Positions 12,988 to 24,916 of a stretch of 64,000 bases of DNA are shown piece after piece (position 1 is the first letter of the stretch; each line of letters starts with the position of its first letter). The position numbers and the translations under genes were made by a program. The DNA is from Octopus sinensis (lineage: Eukaryota): assembly GCF_006345805.1 (NCBI RefSeq), contig NC_043011.1, forward strand, positions 38,080,464-38,144,463, given 5' to 3'. The notes under the pieces were generated by a model. The model was not told the DNA's origin. It worked only from the letters and a program-made list of their open reading frames with translations, and ran no database searches.

Positions 12988-13273
12988 GTGGAGGCACATG
13001 GCCTACTGGTTAGAGCAGCGGACTCGCGGTCGAGGGATCGCGGGTTCGATCCAATGTTTGTGCCAAAATTTGGCACTAATATTACAAGCAGTTCTATATT
13101 CAAGAGATGAGGAATTATCTACATTATTTACGTTGCTTACATTTGACAGATATTTGTCCTCATCTTCGAAATTTCCCCCAAGACACCTGATGAAAGATGG
13201 AGGGTATATCAGCCGAAACGTTGTGCTAAAAACAAACAGGATGAGGATAAATATACGTCAAATGTAAATAATG
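12988..13273 (+). mobile_element. tRNA-derived head fused to an HHR-containing hairpin cassette
   Basis: A box TGGCCTACTGG, B box GTTCGATCC; CTGATGA at 13187, GAAACGTT at 13215; flanking inverted repeat 13139-13164 / 13240-13266. Confidence 0.6.
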
Positions 13274-13479
13274 AACATTACAAACGTTTCCAATCGAGAA
13301 TACAAGAAAAATGCTATACATACACACACATACACACACATATATGTATACTTATAGTTGTATACATACATAATTTAACTACATTTCTTAATAAAACCAT
13401 TCCTTCGTGTGTGTGTTTGTATGTGTATGTGCGTATGTATGACAATGTGCTCACGTTATCATATGTCCGTTCAAGCTAT

Positions 13480-13640
13480 CAGATGTTGTTAAGATCGCTG
13501 GTCTCAATGCGCTCTTGGAATGTTTAGCCTTAAAAGGACGCCACCCCGCTGGCTAGGCGAGAAGGCCAACAATCTCCCTTTATCGAAGGAGGACTGGAGT
13601 TGTGTGAAATGAAGTCTTTTGCTCAAGATCCCAATGTGCC
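13480..13640 (-). mobile_element. CORE-like SINE (head B body) + tail T3, degenerate
   Basis: GAAATGAAGTCTTTTGCTCAAG next to CCACCCCGCTGGCTAGGCGAG and TTTAGCCTT. Confidence 0.55.
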
Positions 13641-13659
13641 ACTCAGTCAAAGATCTAAG

Positions 13660-14275
13660 AGAGGCTGTGTGGTGAGTAGAAACATATATTAATTTTAGAA
13701 TTATTAATTTAGAATATTAATATAGAATTGTATTATGGCACCTTGAGCAAGTGTCTTCTACTAAAGCTTCGAGCCGACCAAAGCCTTGCGAGTGGATTTG
13801 GTAGACGGAAAATGAAAGAATCCGTCGTATGAGCTGGCAGAAACGTTAGCACGCCGGGCGAAATGCGTAACCGTATTTCATCTGCAGTTACGTTCTGAGT
13901 TCAAATTCCGCCGAGGTCGACTAAGCCTTTCATCCTTTCGGGGTCGATAAATTAAGTACCAGTTTCACACTGGGGTCGATTATATTGACTTAATCCGTGT
14001 GTCTGTCCTTGTTTGTCCCCTCTGTGTTTAGCCTCTTGTGGGTAGTAAAGAAATATATATGTGTGTATGAGGGTATATGTTTGTGTTTGTGTTTGTCTCC
14101 CACCCACCCCCAACATCGCTTGACAATGGTTCGGCAAAAGAGACTGATAGAATAAGTACTAGCCTTACAAAGAATAAGTCCTAGGGTCGACTTGCTCGAA
14201 TAAAGGCGGTGCTCCAGTATGGTCACAGTCAAATAACTGAAACAAGTAAAAGAGTAAAAGAGTAATAAATTATAG
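13660..14275 (+). mobile_element. SINE family C interrupted by a SINE family D copy (13831-14055)
   Basis: C 5' half ends at CCGTCGTAT, D follows, then the C 3' half (CATCGCTTGACAA...AAGTAAAAGAG) resumes. Confidence 0.8.
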
Positions 14276-15354
14276 GTAAACACTCGTGGGCACACGTACT
14301 TTTACATACAGAAACGTAGGTACCGATAACAAGACATTCATTATATGTGTGCCGTGGGGGTGTATGTATGCATGTATGTTTATGTGTATGTATGTGCATG
14401 TAAGTTTCTATTCCTGATGTTAATTGGATTTCTACAGTTGAAATTTCATACCGGAGAAGAATGTCCCTCAAAAGCAAATTTTCGCACCGGTAATATATGT
14501 AGTAAATCTTGTGGTTTCAATTGTAACTGGTTATATTTTGCACCTGGCGTCTTAAAATTAACGTACTATAAAACATAATGAACATTAGCAAGGTGAGACT
14601 GGATTGCAGTAAATGGATTCTGTGTAGAATTAGCAGACATGAAATTGTTCACCTAAACGAGAAGTAAGAAGTGGTAAATATACTTAACTGGTACTAAGCT
14701 GTAAAGTTATCTTTAGGGAATGATGTATATGTGCGTATCTATTTAGTTCAAATTTCGAAAAATGTTTTATTACGATATCAGTAGATATAATTGTTTCTCA
14801 AAAGATTTAGACAAACTTTTTTCTTATTTGACAATTAAAAGAGGCGTATAAGTGTAATTGGAGGGATTCTGCACAGCAAGAAATGTTTCGGCTAAAAGCA
14901 ATTTCTCACTATGTAGTTGTAGCAGGCGCCAACTCCAATATGCACACAAGAAACAGTGCATAAGGAAATTACGTTTGAAGTGAGAATCTTTGATTCTTTC
15001 TTACTGTACAAAGCGATGGTAGAACCGACAAGAGCGTTTCTGTTCTGTCACACCAGTTTCTATAGATGTTAAGCAATTTTGCTGAAATAATAGCATACAT
15101 TTATAAATAGAAATGAACGCAAAATATAATGGAAGCATTATGCCTGAAAGAAAAAAATCTCTGTAGGTTTTCTCTAACATGAAATAATGTTGATCATTTT
15201 TGAATACAGAGTGACCTGGGGCTAAAATGTAACATGATGACGTTATATTTTGATGGAATAGATCTAATAATGTACCGATATATACCCATACGTGTATGTG
15301 TGTATGTAATCATGCACTGACTGATTAATATATCTATCTGTTTAACTATCTATT

Positions 15355-15360
15355 TATCTG

Positions 15361-15442
<82 letters not shown>

Positions 15443-15463
15443 ATCTATCTATCTATCTATCTA

Positions 15464-15497
<34 letters not shown>

Positions 15498-15515
15498 ATA
15501 TATATATATATATAT
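15355..15515 (+). repeat. (TCTA)n-(CT)n-(TA)n compound microsatellite
   Basis: Visible run. Confidence 0.95.
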
Positions 15516-17330
15516 GCAGAAATAATACTGCTCTGTCTTCAGTGTTCCCACTGATATTGACGTGAGGGAAACGAACGAAGTTGACTCCCAACATAAAATC
15601 GCAGACATAACCTTCACTGCCACCGACATCGTAGCAGCAATAAATTAGGTCAAACATTACTCTGCTGTAGGCCCTGATAGATTTCCCGCTAGTCTCCTGA
15701 AGGAATGTAGATATCAACTTGCAGTGCCTCTGACCAACCTCTGGAGAAACTCGTTAGACGCAGGTTATATACCGAAACAGTTTCTATCCCAGTTGGTCAT
15801 TCCGGTTTTCAAACAGGGAAACAGATCCCTCGCAGTCAACTATCGCCCAATCTCACTCACCTCCCACATCATTAAAGTGTTTGAAAGAGTGTTAAGATCA
15901 AGGATAGATGACTTCCTGGAGACCCACAAACTCCTAAATTCAAATCAGCATGGCTTTCGCTGTGGCAGGGACTGTCTAACACAGCTCTTACACCACATTG
16001 AAGATGTACTCAAAGCCTTGGGAACAGGTTCGAACTCTGACGTCATATATCTTGACTTCAGTAAAGCGTTCGACAGGGTAGACCATAACATCCTACTCTC
16101 AAAATTGGCAAATGTTGGAATCCGTAGAAAAGTTCTACACTGGATTAAGTATTTCCTGGCGAATAGAACACAACATGTTGTAGTTGATGGAGTCCACTCA
16201 AACCCAGCAAAAGTCACCAGCGGTTTTCCCCAGGGAACTGTTTTGGGTCCGCTACCCTTAATAATTTACGTAAACGACCTTTCCAGTGTCGTACATCACT
16301 GCAAAGTGAAAATATTTGCTGATGACACTAAGCTCCAGCAAATCGTCAATGAAGAAGCAAACCGAACTCAACTCCAGTCTGATCTATATGCTGTGAGTCA
16401 ATGGGCAGACAGAAACAAAATGCAACTGAATGAGGGAAAATTTGAGCTGATGCATTTTGGAAGAAATTCCTCACTAAAACAACCATACTCTCTTCCTTCA
16501 GGGGAACCGCTCACAGCCTCTAACAATATCAGAGACCTGGGTGTAATTGTTGATGACGATCTCAGTTGGAGTGCACACATCAACAAGAAGGTCGATATAG
16601 CTCGTAGTATGAGTTCCTGGATCTTAAGAACTTTCCGGTCCAGAGAACAAGGTGTCATCATACCACTTTTTTCCTCCTTTGTACGGCCACACCTTGAATA
16701 CTGCTGCCCACTGTGGTCTCCTCACACAAGACAAAACATCTCCAGAATTGAGTCACCCCAGAGGGCTCTCACTAAACAAATTGAAGGCATGGCTGCTCTC
16801 GATTATTGGGATCGCCTTAAAGCTTTGAAACTTTACTCCCTCCAGCGTCGCCGTGAGCGGTACATCATTTGTACGATGTGGAAAATATACCGCCAACTTT
16901 GCCCAAACGACCTAAACATTAGCTTCAAGGTTCATCCAAGACTTGGACCACGGGCTATACGTCCCCTGCCAAATTCAAGATCACAACATACATGTACACT
17001 GCAACATAATTTCTTTTCCTCAACAGGCCCTGCCCTATTTAACATTGTCCCGAGGGAGATCAAAGAGGAAAAGGATCCCATCAACTTTAAACAGAGTCTG
17101 GATATATTCCTTCAAAGAATACCAGATAAGCCACCCATAATTGGATACAACTCACCCAACAAGAACTCACTACTTGAACAAAACTGGATACAACTCACCC
17201 AACAAGAACTCACTACTTGAACAAAACTTGACTTAAACAGGATTCGAATAATCCTATCAGGTGGTGCTATTAAGTTAGACATGGCCTGGACCAATCTCTG
17301 GTCGAAACATATCTAAGTTTATCTAAGTTT
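15516..17330 (+). mobile_element. CR1-type LINE, 5'-truncated
   Basis: ORF2 homology from ~15520 (two stops upstream of the open part) to 17220; 3' stem-loop GACCA-ATCTC-TGGTC (17289-17303); (ATCTAAGTTT)2 tail. Confidence 0.92.
15724..17220 (+). CDS. LINE ORF2 reverse transcriptase domain, 498 aa open, no endonuclease
   Basis: NYRPISLTS, QHGFR, YLDFSKAFDRV, GFPQGTVLGP, FADDTKL, RPHLEYCCPLWSP, LYSLQRRR. Confidence 0.9.
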   Translation: MPLTNLWRNSLDAGYIPKQFLSQLVIPVFKQGNRSLAVNYRPISLTSHIIKVFERVLRSRIDDFLETHKLLNSNQHGFRCGRDCLTQLLHHIEDVLKALGTGSNSDVIYLDFSKAFDRVDHNILLSKLANVGIRRKVLHWIKYFLANRTQHVVVDGVHSNPAKVTSGFPQGTVLGPLPLIIYVNDLSSVVHHCKVKIFADDTKLQQIVNEEANRTQLQSDLYAVSQWADRNKMQLNEGKFELMHFGRNSSLKQPYSLPSGEPLTASNNIRDLGVIVDDDLSWSAHINKKVDIARSMSSWILRTFRSREQGVIIPLFSSFVRPHLEYCCPLWSPHTRQNISRIESPQRALTKQIEGMAALDYWDRLKALKLYSLQRRRERYIICTMWKIYRQLCPNDLNISFKVHPRLGPRAIRPLPNSRSQHTCTLQHNFFSSTGPALFNIVPREIKEEKDPINFKQSLDIFLQRIPDKPPIIGYNSPNKNSLLEQNWIQLTQQELTT

Positions 17331-17340
17331 ATATATATAT

Positions 17341-17450
17341 TGGCCTGGTCGCTTAGCCAGCGCGGTGGCATCATTCGAAGGCTAAAACAATGCGAACGCA
17401 TTGTAACCAGCGATGTGTAACTACATCTGATGGACTGGTCGGTCACGTGA
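17341..17450 (+). mobile_element. Isolated SINE tail T3
   Basis: TTAGCCAGCGCGGTGGCATCATTCGAAGGCTAAAACAATGCG...GGTCGGTCACGTGA, as at 45340-45450. Confidence 0.75.
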
Positions 17451-17605
17451 TATATATATATATATACATATATATATGTATGTATGTATATACATATACA
17501 TATATATATACATGCATATATATATATTATATATGGTTGTATGTGTATATATATATATGTATATATATATATGTGTATGTGTGTGGATGTATATATATAC
17601 ATATG

Positions 17606-17636
<31 letters not shown>

Positions 17637-17869
17637 GTATGTGTGTAGGTACGTAAGTATATACTTGTATATGTCTTTCTGACTAATATTTTGCTATTCA
17701 AAGAATTTTCATTTTAGTATTTAATCATACGTGTGTAAACCATTCCAGCAAAAACAATGTTGACAGTTATGACTTTACACCACTGAGGTCTCGACTATCA
17801 TAAGCAGTCTTTTTACTGCTCTTTACCCAAGAGCAGTAAACAGGTAATTGTGAAGTGAAATTCTTAACC

Positions 17870-18107
17870 ATACACCCTTGCTTGCACCCGTAGAGTCACG
17901 CGTAACCTTAATGTAGTTCTCATGGAGATTCAGTGTGTGAAAAGGCTGGCCCTTTGTATAACTGGTACAACTGACTTTTGCAATCTGAGTAGTCTAGTGA
18001 AACGTGAAATAAAGTGTCTTGACCAAGGATACAGCGCGTAGCCAGGAATCTAACACGCCGCCTTGCGATCGTGCGCTGAATACATTAACCACTAAGCCAC
18101 GCCCTTT
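17870..18107 (-). mobile_element. CORE-like SINE head B + tail T1, degenerate
   Basis: Aligns by eye with 20076-20400. Confidence 0.6.
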
Positions 18108-20075
18108 TTAATCAGCGTATGACAAGAGGGTACTTTCGTAAATTTGCGGCAATGTTCTCTAAAGGCATAATATTATCGCTTTCCCTGTTCTGATTCTCTT
18201 TTGCCTTTGTGTCTATCGTTGTTTCTCTTTCTGTACGAAATTAAGGATTGCAGAAGAAAAACAAAATTACTTTTTAAAATCTTATTTCGTGGGATGAGTT
18301 TCTTTCGAATTATTCCGAACAGCCGTTAAAATTAATCCTTGCGTAGCAGCAAGATATAAAATTAAGTAGGATTGACAGAAAATGCAACACTTCTCAGAGA
18401 AATAAATACAATATTACGTTTAAGAAGCAAATTTTACTCTGGTTGGAACTTTCCATCTTCTCCTCTTCGACTGCCAATATTTCTCATAAATCTTAAGAAA
18501 TTAACGTTGGTTATTTAAACAGGAACTGTCGACAAGACAACAGATAATCTTACCGACATAAAGAAATCCGAATGCAATGAATTACTCCATTGTTAATTCA
18601 ATAAATGTATTCTACTGATAATCAAATTTTCATTGTGTCACAAATAACTTATTTCAAACACAAACACACACACACACACACCCACACTCACACACACTCA
18701 CAGACACACTCACACACACACACGCACACACATACACACACACACACGCACACACATACACACTCACACAAACTCACACCTACACAAACGCACGCCCATA
18801 CATATACACTCGTACAGATCTATGCATTCACACAATCAGAGAATGTGTGCTATTACAAAGTAGAACATTCACCAATAAATCTTGTAACGATTAGTGCAGA
18901 CATATATCAACTAAATTTATGGCAGTGATGTTTGTGCTGAAGAATGAAATACTAGAGCAAGATGGCACTTAAAAGTAACTTAATGGTTTATTTATTTATT
19001 CACATATTCATTTATATATTTATTCATTTATTTATTTAAAAATCAAATCGCCTATTTTCAGTAAAACTGTTACTGCTATTACTTTCTAGTAACTGGTCAG
19101 CATTGACTAATAATGAAAATGCATTCCAGTTATGATCATTCGAGCTTTTATATTCATGACGTAGTTTTATATATGGCCATATCACGAATGTATGTTTGCC
19201 TAGCTTTCTTGTAATGCTCCGCAAAACGGATAACCTCATCTTTGTCTCCGTTTCTCTAACGTGATCTTAGGTATGCGTGATCTTCATATATGATCTCATT
19301 AATAAATCAATCCTTTAAATATGGAAGAGTCTCATTTGACACTGATATGTGGTAACTAATTCTCGCGCGTAGATCGACTACTCACAGAAAACCTCAAGGA
19401 CTTCAGTAAAACTTAATGTATCACATAAACGCAGAAGCAAGGTTTGAAGTGGGAAAGAATAATTATTTCTACTTAAAAGGCCCGAAATTTTTGGGGAAGG
19501 GGTCAGTCGATTAGATCGACCCCAGTACGCAGCTGGTACTTATCGACCCCGAAAAGGATGAATGGCAAAGTTAACATCGGCGGAAGGGGGAAAGAATAAT
19601 GCCTTGAAAAAGGCTTAAGGTCTTCAAATACTTTAATTTTGATTTCTAAAATAGGTAAAGGTTATGAGAGAGGTAAAGGTTATGAAAGGTTATGAGAGAG
19701 GGTATAATCGATTAAATTGATACCTGTCGTACCTAGATTAATCCACTGTCATTCTTTATGGTACCTGGTTATTCTGTCGTCATTCTTCGTTTGCCCTGCT
19801 TAACCTAATACATCGGAATTCTTTGTTTACATTACCAAGTTTAATTTACCATCATGTTTTCAATGTCACATCTCAGCCAATCTGCTGTTGTATTTTTCCT
19901 TTAATAAAACGGGAATCGAAATTTTTTAAAAATACACTAACATATGCGTTTATCAATATTCGATACGTTATGGTAGGCACATTTTTTGTACCTATAACGA
20001 ACAAATAAAAATCCACGCACTGCTTCTAACATGGTATGGGAATTCCAAAGGGAACATAACCGATTGGGAACTATT

Positions 20076-20400
20076 TAAAGACTCCGCCGGTTACGACGAC
20101 GAGGGTCCCAGCTGATACGATCAACGGAACAGCTTGCTCGTGAAATTAACGTGCAAATGGCTGAGCATTCCACAGACACGTGTACCCTTAACGTAGTTCT
20201 CGGGGATAATCAGCGTGACACAGAGCGTGACAAGGCTGACCCTTTGAACTACAAGTACAACTCATTTTTGCCAGCTGAGTGAACTGGAGCAACGTGAAAT
20301 AAAGTATCTTGCTCAAGGACACAACGCGTCGCCGGGAATCGAACTCACAACCTTACGATCATGAGCTGAATGCCCTAACCACTAAGCCACGCGCCCTCAC
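20076..20400 (-). mobile_element. Full-length CORE-like SINE (head B + tail T1)
   Basis: TSD GGGAACTATT at 20066-20075 and 20401-20410; A/B boxes; CORE-like CTTGAGCAAGATACTTTATTTCACGTTGCTCCAGTTCACTCAG. Confidence 0.88.
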
Positions 20401-20574
20401 GGGAACTATTATAGACTTGTTTATTTCATTCATTGTCCATGTCTGAAGCTGATGATTTCAACACTATACAAAAAGAATTTGCGAAGTTACTTGCAACATG
20501 TTTATCTGACACTGTAATTAATCCATTCCTCTGCTAAATGACATCAAACAGAAGACAGTCTAAATCACTTTCTC

Positions 20575-20981
20575 TCTTTCTCTTTTCTCTTTTACTTGTT
20601 TCAGTCATTTGACTGCGGCCATGCTGGAGCACCGCCTTTAATCGAGCATCTCGACCCCGGGATTTATTCTTTGTAAGCCCAGTACTTATTCTATCGGTCT
20701 CTTTTTTGCCGAACCGCTAAGTGACGGGGACGTAAACACACCAGCATCGGTTGTCAAGCGATGCTAGGGGGTCAAACACAGACACACAAACACACACATA
20801 TATATATGTACATATATACGACAGGCTTCTTTCAGTTTCCGTCTACCAAATCCACTCACAAGGCATTGGTCGACCCGGGGCTATAGCAGAAGACACTTGT
20901 CCAAGATGCCACGCAGTGGGACTGAACCCGGAACCATGTGGTTGGTTAGCAAGCTACTTACCACACAGCCATTCCTGCGCC
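20575..20981 (-). mobile_element. Full-length SINE family C with internal (CA)/(TA) tract
   Basis: Minus-strand tRNA-like head GGCGCAGGAATGGCTGTGTGGTAAG...GGTTCAGTCCC; near-identical copies at 33012, 40105 and 57490. Confidence 0.88.
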
Positions 20982-21475
20982 TTTAAATACAATTATAGTG
21001 TTGATATCTCAATAAAATCTTTCATAATTTTAAGAAAACATGTTTGTATTCCATTTTCTTTGAATAACATTTTTTAAAAAAGCAGTGATTCTAATTTTTT
21101 TATTTTTAGTGTAATTTGATTAATATCATGTCTCGTGTTTCACATAAAATCTACGAATATTTTGCTACCACACTAACATCTCGTACAGGTTATATATCAT
21201 CGCACCTAATTGTAAAAACACAGCTGCTACGGAATGTAGTATGCTGCTTACAAAACAAAACATTAGCACACAAAAGAGTAAATGAATATGTTCATGCGTG
21301 TGTTGGCTGAGTAGTAAGAAGTTTACCTCTACATCACATCGTTCCGGATTCAGACCCATTGCATCGCATCTCCAACAATGTCCTCTAGTATAGCATCGAG
21401 CCTCGAGCCATGGGGATTTATTAAAGGGAAAACTGAAAGAACCCCCCAACACGCTCTCTCTTACACACATACACG

Positions 21476-21506
<31 letters not shown>

Positions 21507-22145
21507 CACACACACACACAAGCACACATACATGTGTGTGTATGTATTTAGCTTTGTCTGTGCGTTGTTGTTGTGTGTGTGTGTGTGTGTGTGTTTGTGT
21601 GTATCACTGCATGGGAGAAAAGGAAACCGATAGAAGTTCCAGGATTTTAAAAAAAAAAACATGTAATGTGGAAAAAACGTTCGATTAAAAGTCTTCCAGG
21701 CCTTTTCCACCATGGCGGTTCTCTAATGACAGACGTAAAAGATAATAGATCTATGTTTGTATACACTAACACACATATTGCATATATATATGTATAATAA
21801 GCCACCCATATTGACACTTACCGTTTTTGAAATCAGGGTATGATTTCAATGGTCTTCTTATAAACTGACAAGGTGAGTTGAGTTTAACCCTAGGCATGAT
21901 AAGAGCCACCGAGGATAATTAAGATGCTCTGCATGAAAATTCGAAATTAGCGATGATCTGGTTATGTCTGCCGGGGAACTTTTCTCTCCTTGTCAGTCAT
22001 AAAGATAGTGCTTCTCTGGCGATGGAGTTCTTTTGACTAATATTTCTAGCAATGCTGGTACCAACTAGTACACTCTGTCACGTTTCTGACGTCTACTTAT
22101 TTGACTTTAGGTTGTTAAATTTGTAACAGTCCATCCATATATATA

Positions 22146-22183
<38 letters not shown>

Positions 22184-22210
22184 TACATATACATATATAT
22201 ATATATATGC

Positions 22211-22245
<35 letters not shown>

Positions 22246-22273
22246 ACACACACCAAATAATATATATATATAT

Positions 22274-22319
<46 letters not shown>

Positions 22320-22328
22320 ATATGCATG

Positions 22329-22390
<62 letters not shown>

Positions 22391-22680
22391 GTAATACTAA
22401 GCAATAAGGGTTCAGCAACGAATTGCCTTACCACATACCGAATTTAGAAATAGCAGTCAAAGGGTTATAGCTATTTCTTCTACAAAAGGAGATCTCATAA
22501 AACACATTGGAAGGCTGACACAAACAGTAAGAGAGAATGAATTAACCGCAATCTATCAACATTTTTAAAGTTATCCACGGACGTACGTTTCGAAATCAAG
22601 TTTTAGGAAAGCATAAGAATTAAAATATTAAACATAAATAATTCTATCTTACCGAAACTTCTTTCTATATATATATATAG

Positions 22681-22886
22681 TTAATCCAAACAAGAAAGCA
22701 CAAAAAGACACAACAACGCGAGGACGTGGAACAAATATAGTATTATTTGAAGCTCAGGAAAGAAGGAAAGAAGGAGGGTTAACGTTTCGAACGGAGCTCT
22801 TCGTCGGAAACATAGGAGAAAGAAAGATCCAGAGAAGGGAAGACGGAGAGAAAAAAAATTCCCAACGGTACACACGAGGTCACATT
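22681..22886 (-). mobile_element. PLE-terminal-like short element with HHR-like motif (CCGACGA core)
   Basis: Minus strand CCGACGA-A-GAGC-TCC-GTTC-GAAA-CG-T-T at 22778-22812; (TA)n on both sides. Confidence 0.55.
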
Positions 22887-22924
22887 TATACATATATATG
22901 TATATATATATATATATGTATATG

Positions 22925-22956
<32 letters not shown>

Positions 22957-22966
22957 ATATATATAT

Positions 22967-22997
<31 letters not shown>

Positions 22998-23864
22998 TGT
23001 TTATATTATTATATATATGTATATTTATATATATATTTACAAATATATATATATATGATTATTAGAAGATATGTATTCTGACAATCTACATGTATCATAA
23101 TATTTTCCAAGCTGAAATTAGTATTATTACTATATAAAGGAAGTTGTGACACAGTACTCACCCTATTTGGCAAATAATATGCTGACAATATTCTCGTAAA
23201 ATATTATACATAAAGAAATATTAAACTAAATAAATAAAAAAATAAGCAAAAGATGTCATAGATACTGGTTTGTCAATATGGGAATAAATATTATTTAATA
23301 AATTGCAATGATAGACCAAAGCAGTTTGAGTTTAATGTCTGCGTGAAAAATGGTAAGTGAATTCATGAATGACACACCTTGATAGATGAACGAATGTCAT
23401 CATTCAGCTGCTGACATCAATACTTGAATGCTCTTTCAGAAAATTGAAGAAACGTGACTGGACATTCGAAGTTAAGTAAATACCATTACAGCAGGAGTGC
23501 TCAGTCATCTGATGATGTTCTTTGATGATAAAAAAAAAATATCTTTCTAAGCAATGACTGATTGTCGTCTTTGAATTGAAATAGACAAACATTCACTCGC
23601 ACATACTCACACCCACACGCATACACATAAACACAGACACACACACACACAAACGCACAAACAGACACGTATGCACAAATACATATGCTACATCATAGTC
23701 ACGTTCACATGAAATTTATTTAAATACTACTCCTTTCTGCTGAAGCATAAATACAGTGTATTATCTATGTGTCTGTCTGATTGCTTCATACATTCTCTTT
23801 CGTATGTTTGTATATATGTATAGAAATGTATGTGGGTGTTTGTGTGTGTGAGTGTGTTTTTATG

Positions 23865-23909
<45 letters not shown>

Positions 23910-23929
23910 TGAAAAATTCACGTAATCAT

Positions 23930-24470
23930 TAAATTTAGCTGCAAACAAAAGGTTATTGACATTATGCGGTCTTGGAATTTGGCTTCCACTTTCTCCAGCA
24001 TTGCTCTGTTGATTTGGGTGAGTCCCACCCAAATAGCTTCCTTCAAATCGTCCAATTTTATGGGCTTATTCGCATCCGCACGTGCCTTGAGGTTTCCCCC
24101 ACAAGAAATAATCACACATGGACAAATTATGGGAAACGAGGGAGTGCAAGGAATGTAAGCAAAGCTGGAAATAAGCCGTCACCGAAGAGAGGGCGAAGAA
24201 CGACCAATGATGCTGTGGCTGTGTAGGCCGTTGCCCCATTCTGCTAAATCCACAGACGTCGAACAGGAATACGTCCACGATGTAATTCGAGCGCAAAGAA
24301 GTTCTATATCATCTCGATTTGACGCTCAGAGTTCACAGTAGCAGCATTTCCATTATTGTCTTCAAATACGTAGAGACCAATGACGGCAGCACTTCCAACA
24401 GCATACCAGATCTTAACTTTTTAGCCGTGCAGTAGTCTTTCGTGCACTTCCGTCGGATTTTCGAGACACC
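23930..24470 (-). mobile_element. Tc1/mariner (DD37D/DD41D-like) transposase remnant
   Basis: Frameshifted W.AV...IG.Y.FE....A.TVNSER, QNGATAYTA, NLSMCDYFLWGNLKARADANKP..LDDLKEAI. Confidence 0.7.
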
Positions 24471-24852
24471 AATAACGGTACATATGTTGATTCACTGTCA
24501 TTCGTTTCTTTCCTACTCTAGGCACAAATTTCCTACCCCAGGCACGAAATTTTGGGGGAGGGGGCAGTCGATTACGTTGATCCCAGTACACAACTCTTAA
24601 TTAATTTATCGACCTCGAAAGAATAAAAAGTAAAGACGACCTCGACGGAATTTGAACTCAGAATGTAAAGTCAGACGAAATATCGCTAGGCATTTTGCCC
24701 AGAGTGCTAACGTTTCTGCCAACTCATCGCCTTTGATTCGCTATGCCACTGAGATGAAAATAAGCTTCATCATTCATCAACAACACGAGGCCGTCATTTG
24801 CCTTAAAAATTGCTTTCAACTAATGTGCGAAGTAAAGCCGCTGTGCAATATC

Positions 24853-24916
<64 letters not shown>

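Noticed and set aside
17142-17227. Short direct repeats resembling a CRISPR array (also the MULE TIR subrepeats)
   Set aside because: No spacers, eukaryotic context; explained as a tandem duplication and TIR substructure.
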